In this document: positions 25,702 through 32,766 of the stretch, one piece after another
Layout of the letters: every line of letters starts with the position of its first letter
Numbering within the stretch: the first letter of the stretch is position 1
Origin: a virus
Taxonomy: Duplodnaviria > Caudoviricetes
Virus record (IMG/VR): IMGVR_UViG_3300011339_000565
Location: 1 to 32,766 of that record
Length of the DNA stretch: 32,766 nucleotides
Strand: one strand, 5' to 3'
Program-made: the position numbers and the translations under genes
Notes under the pieces: generated by a model
Told to the model about the DNA's origin: nothing
Databases searched by the model: none
Seen by the model: the letters and a program-made list of their open reading frames with translations, nothing else

Positions 25702-27628
25702 TTTACGAAGCATAATAAACATACAATTCGACCAAGCACAACAACCTAAATTCAAAGAACGCTATGGTTCAGGATATGTTGAATTTGGCGATAGAAATAA
25801 CTATTCCCTTTACCTAATTGATTTGTATGCAGAATCACCTAAACATGGTGCAATTGTTAAGGGTAAAACAAATTACATCTTTGGTAAAGGATTTGAAGAT
25901 GTTCCAAAGAAAGCAAATAGTAAAGGTGAAAGTTGGAATGATATTTTAAAGAAATCAGTATTAGATGATGAATTGCATGGTGGTTACTATTTGCAAATCA
26001 TCTATAATACTTTGGGCAATATTGCAGATGTTTATCATTTGCCTTTTCAGAATGTTAGAGTTTCAAAAGATTTAAGTACATTCTATGTAAAGAATGATTG
26101 GTGCAAATCAGAATTTAAAGAAAAGATGCGAGTTTATCCTGCATTCAATTTGAATGATAGAGTTGGCAGTCAAATTCTTTATGTAAAACAATACAATCCA
26201 AAGAGTGAAGTATATCCATTGCCTTCATATTTTCAAGGCTTAAACTACATTGAAAGTGATATTCAGGTAAGCAGACATTTATTAGGAAATGCAAAGCACA
26301 ACTTTGTTGCAACTAAATTAATTAACTTCAATAATGGTTTGCCACAAGAAGAAGAGCAAGGCGAAGTTGAAGCAGATATTAAAAAGAAGTTTGGCAATCA
26401 TGATGGAGATAGATTTGTAATCAGTTTCAATCCATCAAAAGAGAATGCAGTTGATATTCAAAGTTTAGGTGAAACATCTTTGACAAAAGAAGATTTTACC
26501 AATGTAAATACATTGATACAACAAGAGATATTTTCTGCACATCAGATTACATCAAGTCAGTTGTTTGGTATTCCTGCAACTTCAGTATTCAGCAGAAATG
26601 AATTAAGGGATTCTTATACTATCTTCAATAATACTTATGTTAATGCAAGGCAGCAAGATTTGGAAGTTGTATTTTCTAAATTAATGAATGAAGCAGGAAT
26701 GCAAGGTGAATGGAAAATTGTTCCTGTTGAACCATTGAGTTTTGAGTTTAGCGAAAACATTCTTGCTGCAAATATGACAAGAGCAGAGATAAGAGAAAAG
26801 TTAGGATTGAAGCCTGAAGAAAATGCAGCATTGCCAACAACTACAACACCAACTCCAATAGGTGCAAATGATAGTATTAAGAATCTATCAGGCAGACAAT
26901 ATCAAGGTGTGATGCGAATTGTTAGACAATTTACTTCGGGCAAATTAAATAAGAACCAAGCATCATTGATGTTGAAAAGCGGTTTTGGTTTTAATGATGA
27001 AGATGTGAATACATTTTTAGGAATAGATGATGATCCAAAGAATGAATTTGCTGCATTGCAAGATGATGTATTGTTGCAAGAATTTGCAAGTTGTGGTGAA
27101 GATAAATTGCAATACAATGAGATTGACAATCATTCTGCTTCATCATTTTTTAAATTCGCAGTTGATTCATTAAGCACAACTGAAGCGAATATACTTGACT
27201 TAATGAGCAAAGACAAAAGAATTACAGATGAAGTCATTGCTAAAATTTTGAAGATGCCTGTTGAAGAAGTTACTACAATTGTAAGTAAATTAGTTACTGA
27301 CAATTTGATTAATGTAACTGAATCAGATAGAACATTGGCAAAGCCATTAGATGAAATTAAAGGTGGCAATAAAAGTAAGAGTGGAGATATAGTAATCAGA
27401 TATACTTATGCCGGTCCTGAAGATGCAAAGAACAGACCTTTTTGTGCAAGAATGTTAGACATTGCAAAGCGTAAAGTTTGGAGCAGAAGCGACATTGAAA
27501 ACATCAGCATGAGATTAGGATATAGTGTATGGGATAGAAGGGGTGGTTGGTATACATTGCCAGGAACAAATGAGCATAGACCATATTGCAGACATGAATG
27601 GAAAGTATTAATTTTAAAAAGAAAATAA
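25688..27628 (+). CDS. Portal protein with long C-terminal extension (HTH-like + MuF/head-morphogenesis-like domain)
   Basis: Start revised to MMVNN; FG..N.Y..YL..LY..SPKHGAIV.GK, YPLPSY, I.SAH.ITS..LFGI, MT..EIREKLGL; tail end NRPFC...GGW...CRHEW. Confidence 0.8.
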   Translation: MMVNNLRSIINIQFDQAQQPKFKERYGSGYVEFGDRNNYSLYLIDLYAESPKHGAIVKGKTNYIFGKGFEDVPKKANSKGESWNDILKKSVLDDELHGGYYLQIIYNTLGNIADVYHLPFQNVRVSKDLSTFYVKNDWCKSEFKEKMRVYPAFNLNDRVGSQILYVKQYNPKSEVYPLPSYFQGLNYIESDIQVSRHLLGNAKHNFVATKLINFNNGLPQEEEQGEVEADIKKKFGNHDGDRFVISFNPSKENAVDIQSLGETSLTKEDFTNVNTLIQQEIFSAHQITSSQLFGIPATSVFSRNELRDSYTIFNNTYVNARQQDLEVVFSKLMNEAGMQGEWKIVPVEPLSFEFSENILAANMTRAEIREKLGLKPEENAALPTTTTPTPIGANDSIKNLSGRQYQGVMRIVRQFTSGKLNKNQASLMLKSGFGFNDEDVNTFLGIDDDPKNEFAALQDDVLLQEFASCGEDKLQYNEIDNHSASSFFKFAVDSLSTTEANILDLMSKDKRITDEVIAKILKMPVEEVTTIVSKLVTDNLINVTESDRTLAKPLDEIKGGNKSKSGDIVIRYTYAGPEDAKNRPFCARMLDIAKRKVWSRSDIENISMRLGYSVWDRRGGWYTLPGTNEHRPYCRHEWKVLILKRK

Positions 27629-28426
27629 ATGAGTTTAAACATTCTTTTCATTAACGAAACTTTAGTCAAAAGCAGAGTTGCAATAAGCGATGCAATTGAT
27701 GGTAAACAAATAAAACCTGCTATCAAATTAGCACAGGATAAATATATCCTTCCTGCATTGGGTAGTGGTTTGTATAATAGATTACAAGAAGGAGTTGAAG
27801 CAAATGATTTAACCAATGATGAGAAAGTATTGCTGAATAATTATGTAACTGATTCTTTAGTTTGGTTTACTATTGGAGAACTTGTTACAATGACTTCATA
27901 TCAATTCTTTAGTAAAGGAGTGTTACAAAAAACTGCTGAAGAAAGCAATGCACCAAGCAAAGGACAGTTGGAATTGTTGGAAAGAAAATATATCAGCAAT
28001 GGTGAATTCTACAAGCAAAGATTGATTGATTATTTAAAAGAGAATTACGAATTGTTTTATTTCTATCTAAATCCAGGAACAGGAATTGATACAATATTCC
28101 CTGTCAATAAAGGTTACACATCACCAATTTATTTAGGCAGAAAAAGAGATGATAGAGATAATAAAATCATTAGTGGTGGAATGAATGGTGTTACACCAAC
28201 TGAAACAAGTTATGTAATTACAGGAAGTGGAGATACTTTACAATTTACCATTATTGATTTGGTAGGTAGAACTTTGATAAGTGTAACAAGAAATGGTTTA
28301 ACAAAAATAAGAAGCAATACAACTGTATCTGATTTGAATTACTTGCAAGTAAGCAATGGAGTGATTTATGCTCCAACAGGCGATGTATTTCAAGTTGGTG
28401 AAACATTCACATTCATATATAGATAA
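27629..28426 (+). CDS. Putative head-tail adaptor with C-terminal beta domain
   Basis: I..AQDKYI.P.LGS.LY..L, Y.QRL.DYL; directly after the portal. Confidence 0.6.
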   Translation: MSLNILFINETLVKSRVAISDAIDGKQIKPAIKLAQDKYILPALGSGLYNRLQEGVEANDLTNDEKVLLNNYVTDSLVWFTIGELVTMTSYQFFSKGVLQKTAEESNAPSKGQLELLERKYISNGEFYKQRLIDYLKENYELFYFYLNPGTGIDTIFPVNKGYTSPIYLGRKRDDRDNKIISGGMNGVTPTETSYVITGSGDTLQFTIIDLVGRTLISVTRNGLTKIRSNTTVSDLNYLQVSNGVIYAPTGDVFQVGETFTFIYR

Positions 28427-28482
28427 TATGCAAAAACGAAGCTACAAGAGAGAGTTTGTAGATAAAGTAAAACAAAAATTCA

Positions 28483-28926
28483 ATGACTTACAACCAATTA
28501 AAAAAGACAATAACAACTCTACTTCAAAGCAATGCAATGATAAAGGAAGTAAAGTTTGCAACTCCGCAAGATTGGTTGTTCGCAACTAATCAACCGGAGT
28601 TTCCACTATGTTGCTTCATGATTAATTCAGGAAGTTTGAACATTGGTAGAGAGCAAGTTTACAATGTTTCATTTTGGTTTCTTGATAAGGCAGGAATGGA
28701 GAATGAATTTGAAGCAGATGTTACAAGCGATCAGATTCAAATTGCTGCTGATATTGTAAGCACATTAAGAACAGGAAGTAATTCCAAAACTTATTTAGTT
28801 GATACCAACATTGCTTATAATGTCATCAGCGATAAGTTTGAAGATTATTTAGCAGGAGTTAATTTAAGTATAAACATTAATACAATTTCAGATTATGATG
28901 CGTGTAATATGCCTACTATTTGTTAG
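28483..28926 (+). CDS. Putative tail terminator / head-tail joining protein
   Basis: MTYNQL, EFPL, SD..QIA.DI, F.DYLAGV, DACNMP. Confidence 0.55.
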   Translation: MTYNQLKKTITTLLQSNAMIKEVKFATPQDWLFATNQPEFPLCCFMINSGSLNIGREQVYNVSFWFLDKAGMENEFEADVTSDQIQIAADIVSTLRTGSNSKTYLVDTNIAYNVISDKFEDYLAGVNLSININTISDYDACNMPTIC

Positions 28927-31657
28927 TTTATTTGCCTTAAAGGTAAATGCACAACAATACACAAAGTTCAATGGTTATGGATTCCAAGCGGATAGAATAA
29001 AGTCAGATAGTATTTCTATTCATCCAAGCGATACAATCAGAAACAAAGCAGCAAGAAGTATTGCAGTTTTGAATGGTGTGTTTTATATTGCTGATGGCAC
29101 AAAGTGGAAAGTTGTTGGAACTGATACTACTTCTTTGAGCAATAGAATAAATTTGAAGTTAAATATTTCAGATACTGCAACAATGCTTTCACCATATTTA
29201 AGAAAAGCAGATACAACTGCCTTGAGCAATAGAATAAATTTGAAGTTGAATATTGCGGACAGTTCATCAATGCTTTCACCTTACATCAGAAATGCAGGTT
29301 ATGGTTTAACAAAATCAAGTCAATCCTTGTTGGTAGATAGTTCTTTGTTGTCAACAAAGGCATGGAGACAAAAGGGTTTGGATAGCTTGGGAGCAGTTAA
29401 GGTTGGCGGCAGTGGGGCAAATGGACAAGTGGCATATTGGAATGGAACAAATACACAAACAGGAACAAATAACTTATTTTGGGACAATACCAATTTTAGG
29501 TTGGGGGTAGGCACAGCTTCACCCTTGGCAAGGTTGCACGTATATGATGGAGCAAATGGCGTTTCTTTTTTATTGGAAACCAACAATACCACTTCCTATT
29601 CTGAAATAGCAGCAAGGAATGCGGGTTCAGTTTCTACCTCTTATTTTAGACAATATTCTTCCAGTGCAACGGGAACTGATTTTAATATATCAAGGGTTAA
29701 CCTTGCTACCTTTTTCAGCAACTATGCTTCCAACTTTGCCATAGGCACACAGAATGGCGGAAGCTTGATGTTGGCAACTGCAAATACTGAAAGGCTGCGC
29801 ATCAATACCAATGGAAACATTGGCATTAATACAACGGTTGATGCGGGGTATTTATTAGATGTTAATGGAACGGCAAGAGTAGTAGGCAACTTAACAAACG
29901 ATGGCACTATTGTAAGCAATAATGCTACAATGATGACAAATGGAAGTACTGGAGGGGTGTCAATAACAACTACAAATAATAGAATTTATATAAACGCAAG
30001 TGCAAATGTTAGAGTTACTGATATAGGTTCAATTAGTGGAACTTTAAACTTAAGAACAAATGGCACTATCCAAAGTGGTGCAGTCTTTAATTTTGCAGGT
30101 GGTTTGTCAGGAGCAACAGGACTTGGTTATAATCTTAATATAAATTCAACAAATTCAACGCAAACAGGAGGTAATGTTAGAATTTTAAACATAGAACCAA
30201 CGCTATCAACTGATAATGCTACATCTACATTTAAAGGAATTTATTATAATCCTACTATAAGTGGATTACTTGCAAATACATCTCATAATGCAATTGAAAC
30301 AGTAACGGGAAATGTTATATTAGGCTCAACTTCAGGAGAAACAGTTATAGGTTCATCAACAACTACAGGTGCTAAATTATCAGTAGGTGGTTCAGTTACT
30401 GCTGCATCAGCTATTGCAAGAGGTCAAAATATAACATCTACATTAACTGCTGCTGCAAACAATGATGTTTTAGTAGGATTAGATGTGAATCCAACTTTCA
30501 CGAATGGTGCGTTTACAGGGGTACAAAACCATGCTGCAAGAATACAAGGGAATACTGTAATAGGTGCAACAACTTATAGTACAATGTTATATAGTGCAAT
30601 TCCAAAATTATTTGTAAATGGTGGAACATATTTAAATTCAACTGTACTTATTGGAACAAACAGTATTCAATTTTCAGGAAACAATGTGACTTGGGAAGCG
30701 ACAGGTATAACAAATAATTTACCTGAATGGAGAGCAGATGCAACAGGAATTAAATTTGGAAACTATTTAAGTTTACCTTTAAGAATATCAGTAAATCAAA
30801 CTGAAAATGCAAGGTTCTTTTCAACAGGAAATGTAGCAATCGGAACAACAACCGATGCAGGATATAAACTTGATGTTAATGGAACGGCAAGGGTGCAGGG
30901 TCAAGCGACCATTCAAACGCTTACTATTGGTCTTGGAAATAATGCAATTGCCACTAATACTGCTTTAGGTTATCAAGCATTATTAAATACAAACTCATCT
31001 AATACAGGTTTTAATACTGCTATTGGCTATCAAGCATTAAACAGTTTACTTGGTAATGGAAGCAATACTGCAATTGGATACCAAGCTTTAAAAAATAGTA
31101 CGGCTTCAACTAATACAGCAGTTGGATTTCAAGCAGGTTTAAGTAATTCTGCAAGTGACAACGTATTTATTGGTTATCAATCTGCTTTAGCATCAACAAA
31201 TACATCGAGTACAATTGCTATTGGTGCATATGCTCTTTTAAGTAATGTTTCAGGCACAGCATTAACAGCTATTGGCAGGGGTGCTTTAGAAAACACAACA
31301 GGCAATGGTAATATAGGAATAGGTTTTTGGGCAGGTCGTTCTCACACAACAGGAACTAATAATATATTTATTGGAAATAATTCAGCAGGTGTTAGTAACA
31401 CAGAGTCAAACAGAACTTGGATAGGTAACTCGTCAACTACATCAACTTGGTTAGCAGGTAATTTACTACTTGGAACAACAACAGATATTGCATCTTCTAA
31501 ATTAACTGTTGAATCCACCACTCAAGGCTTCCTTCCACCAAGAATGACCACAACACAAAAGAATGCAATCAGCAGTCCTGCAACAGGATTGATGGTATTT
31601 GATATAACCTTAAATCAAGTAAGCTATTATAATGGCACAACTTGGGTAAACTTTTAA
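28895..31657 (+). CDS. Tail-fibre/adhesin-like protein with N-terminal signal peptide
   Basis: GNIGINTT/LDVNG fibre modules; NTAIGYQAL YadA-head-like repeats; C-terminal GFLPPRMTTTQKNAI..PATGLMVFD; signal peptide ending VNA-Q. Confidence 0.8.
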   Translation: MMRVICLLFVSLFALKVNAQQYTKFNGYGFQADRIKSDSISIHPSDTIRNKAARSIAVLNGVFYIADGTKWKVVGTDTTSLSNRINLKLNISDTATMLSPYLRKADTTALSNRINLKLNIADSSSMLSPYIRNAGYGLTKSSQSLLVDSSLLSTKAWRQKGLDSLGAVKVGGSGANGQVAYWNGTNTQTGTNNLFWDNTNFRLGVGTASPLARLHVYDGANGVSFLLETNNTTSYSEIAARNAGSVSTSYFRQYSSSATGTDFNISRVNLATFFSNYASNFAIGTQNGGSLMLATANTERLRINTNGNIGINTTVDAGYLLDVNGTARVVGNLTNDGTIVSNNATMMTNGSTGGVSITTTNNRIYINASANVRVTDIGSISGTLNLRTNGTIQSGAVFNFAGGLSGATGLGYNLNINSTNSTQTGGNVRILNIEPTLSTDNATSTFKGIYYNPTISGLLANTSHNAIETVTGNVILGSTSGETVIGSSTTTGAKLSVGGSVTAASAIARGQNITSTLTAAANNDVLVGLDVNPTFTNGAFTGVQNHAARIQGNTVIGATTYSTMLYSAIPKLFVNGGTYLNSTVLIGTNSIQFSGNNVTWEATGITNNLPEWRADATGIKFGNYLSLPLRISVNQTENARFFSTGNVAIGTTTDAGYKLDVNGTARVQGQATIQTLTIGLGNNAIATNTALGYQALLNTNSSNTGFNTAIGYQALNSLLGNGSNTAIGYQALKNSTASTNTAVGFQAGLSNSASDNVFIGYQSALASTNTSSTIAIGAYALLSNVSGTALTAIGRGALENTTGNGNIGIGFWAGRSHTTGTNNIFIGNNSAGVSNTESNRTWIGNSSTTSTWLAGNLLLGTTTDIASSKLTVESTTQGFLPPRMTTTQKNAISSPATGLMVFDITLNQVSYYNGTTWVNF
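29121..29287 (+). repeat. 87-bp (29-aa) tandem duplication in the fibre gene
   Basis: DTTSLSNRINLKLNISDTATMLSPY / DTTALSNRINLKLNIADSSSMLSPY; identical 26-mer at 29135 and 29222. Confidence 0.9.
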
Positions 31658-31666
31658 ATAAATAAA

Positions 31667-31879
31667 ATGAAAAAACTATCCTTCATCGCGGCAATTGTAA
31701 TCAGCCTATCGGCAAAGAGTCAGGATTCATTGGTAGTAAAAATGGATACGACCACTTTCAAAAACATTATCGCTATCATTCAAAAACAAGTAGATAGCAA
31801 AGCAGCAAGTAATTATATTCTTGAAGCATTAAGTAAGTACGAATTAGTAATGGACAAGCCTAAACAATTAAAAAAATAA
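31667..31879 (+). CDS. Small secreted protein (fibre-associated)
   Basis: Signal peptide MKKLSFIAAIVISLSAKS-Q. Confidence 0.75.
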   Translation: MKKLSFIAAIVISLSAKSQDSLVVKMDTTTFKNIIAIIQKQVDSKAASNYILEALSKYELVMDKPKQLKK

Positions 31880-31881
31880 AA

Positions 31882-32214
31882 ATGAAAAAAGTAATGTTTG
31901 CAGCCTTATGCTTTGCGGCTCTAAATTTAAAAGCACAGACAATCGATACCACATTCAAAACAATGACTGCTTGTAAGATTGTTCCTTTCAAAGCAAAGTT
32001 TACTGATACAGTAAATGCTAATTATTTAGGAGTGAAAATCATTTCTGATGATTTAAAATCTACCTGTACTTTGTATTGGGTTTTATTTGCTGATAACAAT
32101 CAAGTATTAGATGGCAATGCAACAATCAGCGGAGCAGATTATACTTCTTGGAATGGTAGTGCAATATTTCCTTTTACTTTTGTAGGTAAACTTTACAATA
32201 TAATATTCAAGTAA
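31882..32214 (+). CDS. Small secreted protein (fibre chaperone-like)
   Basis: Signal peptide MKKVMFAALCFAALNLKA-Q; GN.TISGADY..W motif. Confidence 0.75.
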   Translation: MKKVMFAALCFAALNLKAQTIDTTFKTMTACKIVPFKAKFTDTVNANYLGVKIISDDLKSTCTLYWVLFADNNQVLDGNATISGADYTSWNGSAIFPFTFVGKLYNIIFK

Positions 32215-32215
32215 A

Positions 32216-32392
32216 ATGCATCAGATTGATACAAATAGCATAAGGGGAACAATTATAACTTTTGTTGCTTCATATTTTAGTTTTCAGAACATTACACCTG
32301 TTTTGCAGTTTGTATCTTTATGTGTAGCTTTGGCAGCAGGTGGAACTACTTTATATCTTAACCTTAAAAAAATAAAGAAAGATGGATTATAG
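32216..32392 (+). CDS. 58-aa two-TM holin/antiholin-like protein (not in track)
   Basis: MHQIDTNSIRGTIITFVASYFSF...VLQFVSLCVALAAGGTTLYLNLKKIKKDGL; basic C-terminal tail. Confidence 0.65.
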   Translation: MHQIDTNSIRGTIITFVASYFSFQNITPVLQFVSLCVALAAGGTTLYLNLKKIKKDGL

Positions 32393-32648
32393 TTATTTAA
32401 TTTTGGCTTATGTAGGCTTATTGCTGCATTATCTTTTTAGATGGAAAGATTGTGTTGATGAAAACAAACAAGTCAATTATAAGGCTGAAATGCCTTCTTT
32501 TATCATATCAATAATTGTAACAGGTATCATGATTTATTTAGGTGAAGATATTAAAGACATCTATCCATTAACTCCTGCAACTGCTTTACTATTAGGATAT
32601 GGCAATCAATCAATCTTTAACAAGTTAGTAAAAAGTAAAAATCTATGA
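32382..32648 (+). CDS. Putative holin
   Basis: 88 aa with up to three hydrophobic segments and a basic C-terminus; ATGA overlap with the spanin-like gene across the junction. Confidence 0.65.
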   Translation: MDYSYLILAYVGLLLHYLFRWKDCVDENKQVNYKAEMPSFIISIIVTGIMIYLGEDIKDIYPLTPATALLLGYGNQSIFNKLVKSKNL

Positions 32649-32766
32649 AATACCTATTAGTCATTTGTTTATTAATTGCGGGATGTTCAGCAGTAAAAAG
32701 AGTTTTAAAAGATCCTGCAAAAGTTGAAGTTGTTGGTAGAGAATGGGAAAAAAAGAATCCTTGTGT
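32640..32766 (+). repeat. Terminal direct repeat, copy 2
   Basis: Identical to 1-127; contains the restart of the 6..494 gene. Confidence 0.95.

Larger units (their letters stand above)
1..32766. mobile_element. Complete tailed phage genome (Caudoviricetes, siphovirus-like), probable Bacteroidota host
   Basis: Terminase, portal, capsid, tail, lysis and replication genes are all present; the ends overlap exactly; Bacteroidota-type promoters and signal peptides. Confidence 0.95.

Noticed and set aside
8887-27816. Numerous short antisense or out-of-frame ORFs in the track (e.g. 8887..9318, 11889..12200, 23017..23412, 27406..27816)
   Set aside because: They are nested in or opposite well-supported genes and have no recognisable motifs
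28368-28589. ORF overlapping the adaptor and terminator genes (possible start ATG 28428, MQKRSYKREFVDKVKQKF)
   Set aside because: Mostly overlaps 28483..28926 out of frame; it may be a short coupling ORF but there is not enough support
28895-31657. Diversity-generating retroelement or invertase shufflon acting on the fibre
   Set aside because: No reverse transcriptase or site-specific recombinase in the genome; the internal repeats are direct and do not differ specifically at adenines
32640-32766. 127-bp terminal repeat as a biological DTR
   Set aside because: The length equals a standard assembler k-mer and it cuts through genes; a PBSX/SPP1-type terminase suggests headful packaging of a circularly permuted genome
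1-32766. Alternative genetic code, tRNA genes or introns
   Set aside because: Standard-code ORFs tile the genome densely with intact core genes; I noticed no cloverleaf or split genes

Overview
This window is an apparently complete, circularly closed genome of a tailed dsDNA phage (siphovirus-like). It has about 32,639 bp of unique sequence, and bases 1-127 are repeated exactly at 32640-32766. The host is very probably a Bacteroidota bacterium: there are divergent TAnnTTTG promoters at ~6309-6392, A-rich start regions without Shine-Dalgarno sequences, and signal peptides followed by Gln. Layout: lysis genes spanning the junction (two holin-like genes, u-spanin-like lipoprotein, GH24 lysozyme); a phosphoesterase; a leftward early operon (SSB-like, ERF recombinase, DnaA domain-IV-like protein, tiny membrane peptides); a rightward replication operon (VRR-NUC, PAPS-reductase-like, primase-helicase, C5-MTase-like) followed by an iteron/inverted-repeat origin candidate; a sigma-like regulator; glycosyl- and methyltransferases; terminase; and an unusually ordered morphogenesis module. 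I recognised no integrase, tRNA or CRISPR array. The most notable unexplained signals are (1) a covarying H-type pseudoknot-like element placed just before three early start codons, (2) a ~390-bp non-coding array of many different operator-like palindromes and repeats, (3) a tail-fibre-like protein and two downstream small proteins that all carry Sec signal peptides, (4) a prohead protease with inserted cargo domains, and (5) a -1 frameshift chaperone in a non-canonical position. All family assignments are by-eye motif recognition, not database results.
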